DNA of 64,000 nucleotides, from IMG/VR virus record IMGVR_UViG_3300032007_000065, positions 1 through 64,000 of that record, one strand, 5' to 3'. Below, one piece after another: positions 43,481 through 52,924 of this stretch; position 1 is the first letter of the stretch; each line of letters begins with the position of its first letter. The DNA comes from a virus (taxonomy: Duplodnaviria; Caudoviricetes). A program made the position numbers and the translations under genes. Under the pieces are notes generated by a model. It ran no database searches. It saw nothing but the letters and a program-made list of their open reading frames with translations, and had not been told where the DNA came from.

Positions 43481-44192
43481 TCCTGAATTCAAGAACCTGA
43501 GCCCGCTGGAGCTGTCCCAGAAGTCCGGCGAGTGCTTCAAAGCATTCATGTTTCAGCACCAGGATCCGGACATGAACGTCAACATGGATGCCGACTCGTT
43601 CGCCCCGTCCATCCCGGCGGCGATTCGACTGCTCTTCAGCAAGACCCTGACCCGCAGCCAGGTGTTGTCGATCCCGGACATCAAGATGGTCTATCGAGTC
43701 GGCGACGAGAAGTACGAGGACGTCAAGATCGAGAAGCAGACGACGAACGAACTCATGCGCAATGTGCTCATCGTGAAGCTCGATGCCTACCAGATCGACG
43801 AGTTCCGTCAGGCCATTGTCGGTACACCGAGTGACGACGAGATCGTCCTGAAACTCAAGGACATGATCCACGGCTACGTGTCGAACATCCAGATGTACAA
43901 CATTGACGAGGTCGTCGTCCGTACCGAGTCCAAGACCGGCGGCGAACTGTTTCTCCACACGGCGAAACTCACCGTCGTCGATCCGGATCGGGCATCTCCG
44001 TCGTTCCCGATCGAAATTCTCATGAACGAGAGCGACGAGATCAAGTACATGGAGATGCGATTCTCGAAGGCCAAGGGCACGCCGCCCGAGGGCTTCTACG
44101 TCGGCGCGCTCGACCCGCGCTACGAAAACAAAATCGATTTCAACTCCATGCTCGACGGCATCTCCGATGTCTTCGCATCTGATCCCGACTAG
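43464..44192 (+). CDS. Hypothetical protein
   Basis: 242 aa, typical codon usage, terminator follows. Confidence 0.8.
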   Translation: MAKRIDPEFKNLSPLELSQKSGECFKAFMFQHQDPDMNVNMDADSFAPSIPAAIRLLFSKTLTRSQVLSIPDIKMVYRVGDEKYEDVKIEKQTTNELMRNVLIVKLDAYQIDEFRQAIVGTPSDDEIVLKLKDMIHGYVSNIQMYNIDEVVVRTESKTGGELFLHTAKLTVVDPDRASPSFPIEILMNESDEIKYMEMRFSKAKGTPPEGFYVGALDPRYENKIDFNSMLDGISDVFASDPD

Positions 44193-44200
44193 TTCGGGCT

Positions 44201-44235
44201 AAAAGAAAGAGAAGCTGAGCTTCTCTTTCTTTTTT
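44201..44235. terminator. Bidirectional terminator
   Basis: aaaagaaagagaagc-tga-gcttctctttctttt. Confidence 0.8.
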
Positions 44236-44238
44236 GAT

Positions 44239-44775
44239 TTAGTTGTCGCTGTTGTCGGTGACTTCGTCCGCCCGCTCGGCTTCCAGCTCACCCTTCTCGA
44301 CGGGTGCCGGTCCGGAGATGTCCATCTCGGAAAGTTCGCCATCGTCGGGCGTGTAGAGCGGATTGTGGAGCGTCGGCTCGAAGGTGTCCTGCTCGATGAC
44401 GGCCTCGAGAACGTCGATCATGTCGGGCAGCGCCTGATCGTCGGGATCCTGGCCCATGTACTCGTGGAGATCAGGCTCCAGGGCGGTGCCGCGATAACGG
44501 TACGTCAGATTCGTGGCGTCGAACGTCCCTTCGGGCGTCGGCGCAATGGCGATGGTCAGGTTGATGGTGCCCGGCATATAGTTCTCGAAGTATGAGCCCA
44601 TGATCTCGTCGACGTCCTTCTGCTTCAGGCGAAGCGTCAGGGACACCAGCAGATCCAGTGTGTCGGAGTCCTTTGTGTTCTGCAACATGTCGTGGACCTG
44701 ACGCCAGTTGTTGGTGACCAGGTTGTTGAGCTCGCGGGAGAACGCCAGGGCAACTTTGTTACGAAGATTCGTCAT
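44239..44775 (-). CDS. Hypothetical acidic protein
   Basis: 178 aa, AAAGGA upstream. Confidence 0.75.
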   Translation of the reverse strand: MTNLRNKVALAFSRELNNLVTNNWRQVHDMLQNTKDSDTLDLLVSLTLRLKQKDVDEIMGSYFENYMPGTINLTIAIAPTPEGTFDATNLTYRYRGTALEPDLHEYMGQDPDDQALPDMIDVLEAVIEQDTFEPTLHNPLYTPDDGELSEMDISGPAPVEKGELEAERADEVTDNSDN

Positions 44776-44810
44776 GTGAAAGTCATCCTTTCTAGAAGAT
44801 TGATGGTCTG

Positions 44811-45248
44811 TTAGGTGTCAGATGGAATATAGAACAGGCCGGTGACTGCGAAGACAGTCCAGGTGCCGTTGTTTTCGTCGACTTCGGCGGTCGTTCTGCC
44901 GTCAACGCTGGGCTGTGCGATGGTCGATGCCCGAATGACACCTCCGTTGGTGGCCAGTGACTCGTCGATGACTTCGACGTCGTAGCTGTCGCCGTCGAAA
45001 CTCTTGACGTAGCCAAAGATCCTGCGTCCGGGCGGATAGTAGATATTGCCAGACCGGATGACGTTGATGGCTTCGATGAACTCTTTGGAGCCGAGTTCAT
45101 GGAACTCTTCGGTCAGCTGAGGACCCAGGAAGACCGGAATACGGTCTCCGCGGTCGAGATGGCTGTCGACGTAGTTCTTCAGGAACTTCGTGAGGTTGAT
45201 GAACCTGTGGGTCGATGTGGCGGGTCTCGGGATGCGCATAGTCGTCAT
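44811..45248 (-). CDS. Hypothetical protein
   Basis: 145 aa, coupled to 45245-45832. Confidence 0.7.
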   Translation of the reverse strand: MTTMRIPRPATSTHRFINLTKFLKNYVDSHLDRGDRIPVFLGPQLTEEFHELGSKEFIEAINVIRSGNIYYPPGRRIFGYVKSFDGDSYDVEVIDESLATNGGVIRASTIAQPSVDGRTTAEVDENNGTWTVFAVTGLFYIPSDT

Positions 45249-45832
45249 TCCTTTCTGATTGATTCGTTCTCCAGCAGCGCGGCTTTGGCCTCGTCGCTGA
45301 AGTCTTCGTCCATTGCATTGCTGGTCTTGGTGACCGGATCTAGCAGCGACAGAATGAAGGCAAAGATGCTGGTGTATCCACCGATGATCTCCTTGATACC
45401 GACGCTTCGGATGAGGGCGTCGTAGAGGGTCAGCGGCTTTCCGCTGTCGTCGGAGCCGATGACGATGCTCCGATACGGCTTGAAGAGAAAACGGCGTCCG
45501 ACGTGAAGACTGTCTCCGGTGCGCATGATCTCGACGGTGTCGATGAAGTACTTCATCTCGGCCATGTGCTTCAGTCGGTGTTCAGCATCTGTACCGAAGA
45601 TCATTCGAAAGTGAATGGAGCCGGGATCGTTGTAGAGAGATCCGAAGGCCGCCTTCAACAGGGGATCCGTCTCTTCTGTTGGAATTGAGAACGTGATGGA
45701 GTCGACTTCTTCCAGGGTCATGTTGCCCATGTAGTCCATCGACTTCCGACGTTTCCTGCCGATGTCGACGAGTCCCTGGTTCAAAAGTAGAATCCTATCC
45801 ATTGTGTCCATAGTGTGGTACCTCCGTGGCAT
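45245..45832 (-). CDS. Hypothetical protein
   Basis: 195 aa, GGAGG upstream. Confidence 0.7.
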   Translation of the reverse strand: MPRRYHTMDTMDRILLLNQGLVDIGRKRRKSMDYMGNMTLEEVDSITFSIPTEETDPLLKAAFGSLYNDPGSIHFRMIFGTDAEHRLKHMAEMKYFIDTVEIMRTGDSLHVGRRFLFKPYRSIVIGSDDSGKPLTLYDALIRSVGIKEIIGGYTSIFAFILSLLDPVTKTSNAMDEDFSDEAKAALLENESIRKE

Positions 45833-45918
45833 TTATTTAAGTATCGGTTTCGGGGTCCGGTGTCATAGAAAGCCATTCCGCGGCCAACGGACTAATTAAA
45901 TTATCACGTTCGGATATC

Positions 45919-47712
45919 ATGAACCAGATTCTGAACGAGAAAGGATGGTTCACGTTGCTTAACTACATCCACGAGTATCCGAACCCGCATGTGGGCGAGT
46001 TCAACGAAGACTTCATCTACGCAAGGGACGACATTCCCATCGAAGATCTAGTCATCATGGTCATGAAGGACTTCGAGACGATCGAGAACATCGAGATCCT
46101 CAGCGTCGAAGTCATCACCGACCAAGACGAAGTGGACTACAACTACCACACCGTCAATATCAACTACAAGAAGAAACGTCTTGACCAGATTGAGATACCG
46201 AAAAATAAATTCGTCACCGACTCCAGATTCGGCGAAGTGGTCTTCACCATTCGCATTCACACGAATCTGAACGAAACGACCATTGTCAAACGCATACTCA
46301 TTCCGGTCGAAGAGGACGGCCAGTTCCTGCTGTCGTCGAAGACGTGGAAGCCGATCTGGCAGCTCTGTGACGCCAACACCTATACCCAGCGCGGCAAGGT
46401 GACGTTCAAGTCCCGTATGCCGATCATCATATACCAGACGAAGAACCGCATCATGCAGGACATCTCCGGCAACGAATGGAACTTCACGTCGCATTCATAT
46501 GCGCTCGACACCAAATCGAAGCGCCGCGGATCGAAGAAAAAGACGAAGTTCATCAACCCGCTGATGATATTTGCCGCCAAGATGGGCATGCGCCGTGCAC
46601 TGGCCTACTTCCACATGGACGGCATCATTCGACTGGTGCCGAAGATCGACGACGACTACCATGAAGCCAGTCTCTGCAGCTACTTCAAACTCGACGACGT
46701 CTACGTCGAAGTGCCGACGGAGCTGCTGGACAAACACGAACTGGTGCGCCACGTCACCTGTATGCTGCTCTACTGCGGCTCCAGAGATTTCCCGGTCCAA
46801 TGGGACGATCTCGAGAACCGCGAATACTGGATCTGCCGCATCGGCTACATTGGATCCATCAAGAGCCCGAGTCTCTATTCGTTCCGCGACAAGGGCTACA
46901 CCACCATGCACATGATCGAGCGTCTCTACGACTCGATCTCCGAGCAGAACCTGCGGCTGCCCGAGGTCTACAAGGACTCGATCTATTCCATTCTATACTG
47001 GATGATTCTCAATTTCGACACGCTGAAGTCCAAGAATAACATGGACATGATGACGAAACGAATTCGTCGCAACGAGTGTATTGTCATGTCGTCGCTTGGC
47101 AAGAAGGTCGCCGAGAACATCAATAAACTCATCGAAAAGAAATCGAAGTCCAAGATGAACACCATGGACACGCTGCTGGAGCTCTTCAACTTCCCCAGCG
47201 ACATCGTCATGAGTGGTGTCAAGAACAACTCCGACATCGTCAAGTCCGACGACATCGTCAACGACATGAGCTTCCTACAGGATCTGGCCTACAGCTCCAA
47301 GGGACCGAACTCACTCGGCGAGAATTCGTCGAAGTCAATTCCGGCGCGATACCGCTACCTGCACCCGTCTCAGATGGGCATACTCGATTTGAACGTCAGC
47401 TCGAACTCCGACCCCGGCATGAGTGGATCGTTCACGCCGTTCGTGAAGCTCTACGATGGATTCTTCTTCAATCCGAATCCCGACCCCTGTGATGCCGAGT
47501 ACGAGCACCTGAAGGGACTCCATGAGTTCCTGAAAGGCAACCGGGCGTTCCTGAAGTCGTTCCCGGAACTGAAGGACTCCATCCTGGTGAAGATTCCGGA
47601 CAAGTCGCTGGCGGATCTCGACAGCTTCGTCAAGTACGTCACCAAGTACCGGACGGAGTTTGCAGACGCCCTTCGGTATCTGCCCATCGAGATCCACGAG
47701 AAGGAGGACTGA
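45919..47712 (+). CDS. Multisubunit RNA polymerase beta subunit, N-terminal fragment
   Basis: KRIRRNE, YSSKGPNSLGE, RYLHPSQMGILDLNVSSNSDPGMSG match beta RRIR, SALGPGGL, RDVHPTHYGRVCP..TPEGPNIG. Confidence 0.85.
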   Translation: MNQILNEKGWFTLLNYIHEYPNPHVGEFNEDFIYARDDIPIEDLVIMVMKDFETIENIEILSVEVITDQDEVDYNYHTVNINYKKKRLDQIEIPKNKFVTDSRFGEVVFTIRIHTNLNETTIVKRILIPVEEDGQFLLSSKTWKPIWQLCDANTYTQRGKVTFKSRMPIIIYQTKNRIMQDISGNEWNFTSHSYALDTKSKRRGSKKKTKFINPLMIFAAKMGMRRALAYFHMDGIIRLVPKIDDDYHEASLCSYFKLDDVYVEVPTELLDKHELVRHVTCMLLYCGSRDFPVQWDDLENREYWICRIGYIGSIKSPSLYSFRDKGYTTMHMIERLYDSISEQNLRLPEVYKDSIYSILYWMILNFDTLKSKNNMDMMTKRIRRNECIVMSSLGKKVAENINKLIEKKSKSKMNTMDTLLELFNFPSDIVMSGVKNNSDIVKSDDIVNDMSFLQDLAYSSKGPNSLGENSSKSIPARYRYLHPSQMGILDLNVSSNSDPGMSGSFTPFVKLYDGFFFNPNPDPCDAEYEHLKGLHEFLKGNRAFLKSFPELKDSILVKIPDKSLADLDSFVKYVTKYRTEFADALRYLPIEIHEKED

Positions 47713-47713
47713 C

Positions 47714-48082
47714 ATGGCGAAGACGAATCCAACGTTCGAAGAGTTTATGGACAGATGGTCCAATAAGGTCTTTCGCAAACGGATCACCGCCTTCTATCGA
47801 TTCGCCATTGAACGATCGCTGAATCTCGGAAACGGTTCGAACTGCACCGTGTCAGTGCCGGAGAATCTGGATCCGAAGTTCGTCTACAACTACTTCTACG
47901 GGAATCCGCTACGGCTCGATGCCAAATCGGACCAGGTTACTTTCTGGGACGACGTCGCATCGAGACCGTACGGGTCAATCCCGATTTGTAAGGAGGACTG
48001 GTATGGACTTCTTTGCATACATCAGAACGACTCTCGGAGACGATATCAGTTTCGACGAGTTCATGGCGCAGTGGTTGAATGA
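47714..48082 (+). CDS. Hypothetical protein, tandem paralog 1 (possible frameshifted C-terminus)
   Basis: ATG 47714 after AAGGAGG; VPENLDPKFVYNYFYGNPL...FWDDVASRPY. Confidence 0.65.
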   Translation: MAKTNPTFEEFMDRWSNKVFRKRITAFYRFAIERSLNLGNGSNCTVSVPENLDPKFVYNYFYGNPLRLDAKSDQVTFWDDVASRPYGSIPICKEDWYGLLCIHQNDSRRRYQFRRVHGAVVE

Positions 48083-48314
48083 ATCCATTCGCCGCAGTCT
48101 CATCGACTGTTACCGCAGTGATCTGACAGCGGCACTGGAGGTCTTCCGAGACTCTCAGTTCAAGTATTCGGTGCCGGAGAATCCGAATCCGAAGCTCATC
48201 TACAACTACTTCTACGGGAGTCCGTTGCAACTCAATGCCGACGAAGACCAGAGCTTCTTCTGGGACGACGTCGCATCGAGACCGTATGTGACGATCCCGA
48301 ACCTACAACGTTAA
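48003..48314 (+). CDS. Hypothetical protein, tandem paralog 2
   Basis: ATG 48003 after AAGGAGG; VPENPNPKLIYNYFYGSPL...FWDDVASRPY. Confidence 0.7.
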   Translation: MDFFAYIRTTLGDDISFDEFMAQWLNESIRRSLIDCYRSDLTAALEVFRDSQFKYSVPENPNPKLIYNYFYGSPLQLNADEDQSFFWDDVASRPYVTIPNLQR

Positions 48315-48325
48315 CCGCATATCAT
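48315..48325 (+). promoter_or_regulatory. Phage promoter motif CCGCATATCAT
   Basis: Motif copy upstream of the sfsA-infA operon. Confidence 0.65.
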
Positions 48326-48390
48326 ATGAACGGAGAGACCAGGACCATATCCCGGTCTCTCCGTCAGATTAAGTAAATGGAGGTGTTGTA

Positions 48391-49161
48391 TTGAACGAAA
48401 AGTATCAGTTCCAGGAGCCGCTCAGGAGAGGGACCATTCTCAAGAGGTTGACCCAGTTCACCATGCTGGTCGATATCGATGGTGTCGAGACCCGATGTCA
48501 CTGTCCGTCGTCGACCAGAGTCGGGGACTTCGACAACGCCGATCTACCCTGTCTCTACTCCGTCAGCAGCGACCCGAAACGAAAGCTGCCCATTACCGTC
48601 GAAGCCATTTCCTGTAACGGCGGCGAGAAATGGGTCGGCATCAACATGACGAGATCGAACCGCATCGTCGAGCACTTTCTCAGGACCCATCAGCTCGACG
48701 AAATGATCTCGGACTACGAAGACCAGGACGTGAAACGCGAACAGTGGCTCGGCATGTCGAAACTTGATTTCCTGGTCAAGGACACGTATCTCGAAGTCAA
48801 GACGCCGTGTATGTCCATCGACGTCAACTACGGACCTGATATCAAGGTCCAGAAACAGGCGCCACTCCACGACATCGACCGAATGCTGAAGCACTCGACG
48901 ACGTTGGCCAACTCACTCGAGAGTCACCAGAGGGCCATCTTCCTACAGGTACACCAGTACATTCCGGACGACATCCAGAGACCCCATCCAATAGTCCGTC
49001 ACATCGACGACGTCATTCGGACGTTTCTCTATGCACTGGAGCACGGCGTCGAATGGTGGACACTCGACTGTGACTTTCGACCGGACGGTGTTTCGTTCCA
49101 TCGAATTCGAAACACCAGCAGACAGAACATCGAAGAACTACGAGAAGAAGTGGAGGACTGA
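48391..49161 (+). CDS. sfsA: SfsA-like nuclease / DNA-binding protein
   Basis: RLTQFTMLV..CHCPSSTR, WVGINMTRSNRIV, REQ..GMSKLDFL, YLEVK, R..KH. Confidence 0.8.
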   Translation: MNEKYQFQEPLRRGTILKRLTQFTMLVDIDGVETRCHCPSSTRVGDFDNADLPCLYSVSSDPKRKLPITVEAISCNGGEKWVGINMTRSNRIVEHFLRTHQLDEMISDYEDQDVKREQWLGMSKLDFLVKDTYLEVKTPCMSIDVNYGPDIKVQKQAPLHDIDRMLKHSTTLANSLESHQRAIFLQVHQYIPDDIQRPHPIVRHIDDVIRTFLYALEHGVEWWTLDCDFRPDGVSFHRIRNTSRQNIEELREEVED

Positions 49162-49164
49162 TAT

Positions 49165-49392
49165 ATGTCAAAAGAAGATATGATTGAACTCGAGGGCACG
49201 GTCATCGACAAGCTGCCCGGAGGAAAGTTCAAAGTGAAGGCGAAGCTCGGCGACACCGAGATTGAAACGGTCTGTCAGCCGTCGGGCAAGCTCCGCACCA
49301 ACTACATCAGGATTCTCATCGGAGACCGCGTCAACGTCGACGTGTCTCCCTATGACCTGAGCAAGGGTCGCATCACCTGGAGGTACAAGTGA
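49165..49392 (+). CDS. infA: Translation initiation factor IF-1
   Basis: [13 protein letters not shown]...[34 protein letters not shown]. Confidence 0.95.
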   Translation: MSKEDMIELEGTVIDKLPGGKFKVKAKLGDTEIETVCQPSGKLRTNYIRILIGDRVNVDVSPYDLSKGRITWRYK

Positions 49393-49763
49393 TGGGCGCG
49401 CCGGAGAAGAGTTCCGACCTCTACAGTCGGATGTTCCTGCGGTCCATCGCCCAGTGGTACCTCGGCGGCACCATTCTGAGCTACGACGTCATCGACGACC
49501 AGCCGATTGTCGATGGTGGGCCCTACGACCGCATCACCACTGTCGCCGTGACGAGAATCCACAGCATCGACTGGCAGAAGTTCCGGACGTCGTCATACCT
49601 GGTCGTCCAGACCGTCGAATACAATTCGACCACCGGCAAAGCAGTCTTCGAAGTCCGTGAGCAGGACACGCCGGACATTTCTGGTGGCAACTACGATCGT
49701 ATACGCTACTCGCCGCAGATCGGATTCTTCTACAGCATTGGCGACGACGACGATGACGATTAA
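49389..49763 (+). CDS. Hypothetical protein
   Basis: 124 aa, start overlaps the infA stop. Confidence 0.7.
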   Translation: MMGAPEKSSDLYSRMFLRSIAQWYLGGTILSYDVIDDQPIVDGGPYDRITTVAVTRIHSIDWQKFRTSSYLVVQTVEYNSTTGKAVFEVREQDTPDISGGNYDRIRYSPQIGFFYSIGDDDDDD

Positions 49764-49774
49764 GGAGGTAACTC

Positions 49775-50137
49775 ATGAAACAGAAGAACGGTCACACCAT
49801 CGAGACACTTCGAGACTACACCATGCTGAGTCAGATTGTCGACTCACTGGCCAGGACTTGCTTTCCCGCCAACGTCGACCCGAATGACATCGACCGTCAT
49901 TGGTCAGCATCGGAAATCGACGTGAAAACTGTCACCGCCACCGTCGGAATCAAGCCGGAGGACGCCAACGTCATCGGAATCCTGCTGTTGACGACGCTCA
50001 AGTGGAATGGCCAGATCCGGCGCTTCAGCTACTACATCATGGCCATCGAAGGCTCCGACCGACTCTTCATGATACAGGCACCGGATACCACCAGTGGCAT
50101 CGTCTCCGTTGACATGGACATCGAAGCTGCAGACTGA
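49775..50137 (+). CDS. Hypothetical protein
   Basis: 120 aa, SD AAGGAGG. Confidence 0.7.
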   Translation: MKQKNGHTIETLRDYTMLSQIVDSLARTCFPANVDPNDIDRHWSASEIDVKTVTATVGIKPEDANVIGILLLTTLKWNGQIRRFSYYIMAIEGSDRLFMIQAPDTTSGIVSVDMDIEAAD

Positions 50138-50152
50138 ACGCAGAAAGAAAGG

Positions 50153-51322
50153 ATGATCCAAAACATGAAGAAACCCATTGTGCTGACCATCGACGGCATC
50201 GATGGCTCGGGCAAAGCAACGATAACGGAATGCATCATCGACCACATTCGTGACAGCGGCCACAGTGTCACGTCCGTCAGTTTCCCGGACTATCTCAGTC
50301 CGACTGGCCAGGCCATCTCGGAGTACCTTGGCAACGGATACGGCCAGTCGAATAACCGGACAGCGGCAGCGACACTCTACAGTGCCGACCGGAACCGCTA
50401 CTGGATGAATAACTTCTGGCGTCTCTTCGGCAGCGGCGGCTACGACTATGTCGTCCTGAATCGAAACTGGATGGCCAACATCTTCTTCCATACGGCGCTT
50501 CTGACGGCGAAGGCAACCGAACTCAATGCCGTCGAGCAGAAGTACAAACTGAGCTACTGGATGCCGGCCATGACACTGGCCGAATGGTACCACCTGTTGA
50601 AGGCTGCCGGAATGATCATGACGGACCGACTCTGGTCGGAGCAGTACATCCGGAACTTCATCGACTCCCTTCCGACAGAGACCAGCCTCGACGGTGCCCG
50701 CATCGGCATAAACGGCGGTATGAAACGAGCCTTCGATAAGAAGCTGACGGCGTACGAGTACCTGACTAAGGTGTCGATGACGGCCAATGTTGAGTTTCCG
50801 AATTCTGCTGCGGAGAACGGCTTCGAAGTCAAGACCATCGACCATCCGCTCATCCACGAGAACTGGGAGGAAATTCTTCAGGCATACAAGATGAACCGAA
50901 TCAATACCGTCCGCATCATGATGCTGACGATGTTCCAATCGGAGATCATGCCGTGGTTCGGAAACGAAGACTTCGAATTCCGGACCGTCGTGCTGTCATC
51001 GTCGAGACCGAGCCATTCGCAGCAGCTGTTCCGCAAGAACCTGCTGAAGCGCTACAACGGAGATGCGTCGAAGCTCGACGTCCACGAACAGTCCGGCGAC
51101 TATCTCGGATCTGTCGTCGAGAACGTGGCCTTCATCAAAGAGAACATGCCGGAGATCCTGTCGATCGATGGCATCTTCCGCGCCCTGCTGCCGCAGTCGA
51201 CGGGTCTCATGAAGTACTTCGACTACGACGTCATCAACATCGACGCCGGCTACGACGATCCGATACTCCGTACTCTCGACGACGAAGTCGCCGAGACCAT
51301 TGAGAAACTTCGGCTCGACTGA
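50153..51322 (+). CDS. tmk: Thymidylate-kinase-like protein with large central insertion
   Basis: IDGIDGSGKAT P-loop, VSFPDY.SPTG..I.EYL, LYSADR, DVHEQ. Confidence 0.7.
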   Translation: MIQNMKKPIVLTIDGIDGSGKATITECIIDHIRDSGHSVTSVSFPDYLSPTGQAISEYLGNGYGQSNNRTAAATLYSADRNRYWMNNFWRLFGSGGYDYVVLNRNWMANIFFHTALLTAKATELNAVEQKYKLSYWMPAMTLAEWYHLLKAAGMIMTDRLWSEQYIRNFIDSLPTETSLDGARIGINGGMKRAFDKKLTAYEYLTKVSMTANVEFPNSAAENGFEVKTIDHPLIHENWEEILQAYKMNRINTVRIMMLTMFQSEIMPWFGNEDFEFRTVVLSSSRPSHSQQLFRKNLLKRYNGDASKLDVHEQSGDYLGSVVENVAFIKENMPEILSIDGIFRALLPQSTGLMKYFDYDVINIDAGYDDPILRTLDDEVAETIEKLRLD

Positions 51323-51332
51323 GAGTCGAGAC

Positions 51333-51365
51333 AAAAAGAAAAGAGCTCGCGCTCTTTTCTTTTTG
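51333..51365. terminator. Bidirectional terminator
   Basis: aaaaagaaaagagc-tcgc-gctcttttcttttt between convergent genes. Confidence 0.8.
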
Positions 51366-51380
51366 GTGTCCGGATACCGG

Positions 51381-52334
51381 TCATTGACGGATGACCACCG
51401 GGTCGTCGTCGGGATGCTGGCGCTCATCCCAGGTCTTCTCGAGATGCATCATGACCTCACGGGCAACGGCTCGGGTCGAGAAACTTGCTGTGAACTTTCC
51501 CGGATGGACAAAGGTGACCTTGTCGCCAAAGGTCTCCTTCATCCAGTTGATGTCCTGGTCTGTCAGGGCGTCGCGATTCTCGCCGAAGATTCGGGCTGAG
51601 TAGATCTGCCAGCCGCCTCTGAGGGACGGATACATAGCCCAGGCGAACGACGCGTTCTTGAAGCGACGGAACGTCGGTACGAATTCGGCGTACCTGTCGA
51701 GCTCAATGAAGTGACGGATGCCCTGGTCGAGAGACTTCCTAATGGCGGCCTCCACCAGCTCGTCAGCTTCTGTGTCGTGCTTGATGTGGTCGATGGTCCG
51801 TTCAATGTAGTCTCGGGCCAGCGCGACTGCTGCCATGAAACGACTGAACTGGACACCGCTGGAGTTGTCTTCGTACCAGCTACCGTTCATCGACGAGATG
51901 AAGTCACTCAGCATGTTCGGTGCACCACCCCAGAGCTTTCCGACGCAGTCGGTGTAGTCAATGGGGACGCAGATGCGCCGATCGAATCTCTGATATTCGT
52001 CGTCCGACATAAGATAGTCGTGATATGCTCTGACAATCTTGCCGAACGACGAATACGGTTCATCGTGAGGGTCGCGCATTGGGCGCGGCGGTCGCTTCTC
52101 GACGGTCTCCGGCGTATGGTGGTCGAATTCACCACCACCGATGTCGAAGACGACGTAGTTCAGCGATGCAAATAGTCTCGGGTCATGGAGCTTCGCCGCT
52201 TCAACGTCATTCGTCCGCAGGACAGTGATGCGACTGTTGATCAACTGCAGGAAGGCACATGCGCAGACGTCATCGGCATGGAAAATTCCTGCGTGGGTGA
52301 CGGCCAACTCAGGAAACGGCATCAAATGATCCAT
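51381..52334 (-). CDS. MYG1-family (DHH-like) exonuclease
   Basis: THAGIFHADDV, VFDIGGGEFDHH, YSSFG, FVHPGKF. Confidence 0.85.
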   Translation of the reverse strand: MDHLMPFPELAVTHAGIFHADDVCACAFLQLINSRITVLRTNDVEAAKLHDPRLFASLNYVVFDIGGGEFDHHTPETVEKRPPRPMRDPHDEPYSSFGKIVRAYHDYLMSDDEYQRFDRRICVPIDYTDCVGKLWGGAPNMLSDFISSMNGSWYEDNSSGVQFSRFMAAVALARDYIERTIDHIKHDTEADELVEAAIRKSLDQGIRHFIELDRYAEFVPTFRRFKNASFAWAMYPSLRGGWQIYSARIFGENRDALTDQDINWMKETFGDKVTFVHPGKFTASFSTRAVAREVMMHLEKTWDERQHPDDDPVVIRQ

Positions 52335-52863
52335 TGTGGTTTCTCCTTTCGAAATCTAATTTGGTCAAGTGATATACATATTTCTCATTGGGGTGATTCT
52401 CGTGGAGCACCCAGTAGCCGAAGCCGTTCCGAAGCGGCTTGAAGCCGAGCTTCTCGTAGAAGCCGTCGAGACTGGTGCATAGGTAAATGTGGCCGATCTT
52501 TCGACGGGCCGATTCGTGGAAGATGAAGTTGCCGACGCAGTCGACGAGGCCACTAGCAATGCCACGGTTCCGGTACGCCGGATCGACGTAGAGCGATGAC
52601 ACGACCGGATAGAGCGGTCGGCTGGCAACGGCGGGATTGTCAACCGATATGGCCATGACGGCGCCGACTGCGGTGTCTCCATCGGCTGCGATGTACATCT
52701 GAGGCAGCCAGTTTTCTCTGGCCATTCGAAGGGCGCCGTCGACGACCGTCAGTGCATGGTCCATGTCGAAGCCCTCTTCCTCCATGTACCAGTCGAACCA
52801 GAGCTTCGCAATCGATTGACGAAACCTGTCATCGGGATTCGCCATGTATCTGATTTCAGACAT
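52309..52863 (-). CDS. GNAT-family acetyltransferase
   Basis: VSSLYVDPAYRNRGIASGLV, FYEKLGF. Confidence 0.85.
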   Translation of the reverse strand: MSEIRYMANPDDRFRQSIAKLWFDWYMEEEGFDMDHALTVVDGALRMARENWLPQMYIAADGDTAVGAVMAISVDNPAVASRPLYPVVSSLYVDPAYRNRGIASGLVDCVGNFIFHESARRKIGHIYLCTSLDGFYEKLGFKPLRNGFGYWVLHENHPNEKYVYHLTKLDFERRNHNGSFDAVS

Positions 52864-52865
52864 AG

Positions 52866-52920
52866 AAAGACTCCTTTCTCAGTTTCATCGTAATGATATG
52901 TGGCTGAGAAAGGAGTCTTT
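52866..52920 (-). promoter_or_regulatory. 17-bp inverted repeat that sequesters an SD, with the phage promoter motif in its loop
   Basis: 52866-52882 and 52904-52920 are perfect reverse complements; loop holds CCACATATCAT (52893-52903, minus strand); one arm holds GAAAGGAG of the GNAT gene. Confidence 0.75.
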
Positions 52921-52924
52921 TACG

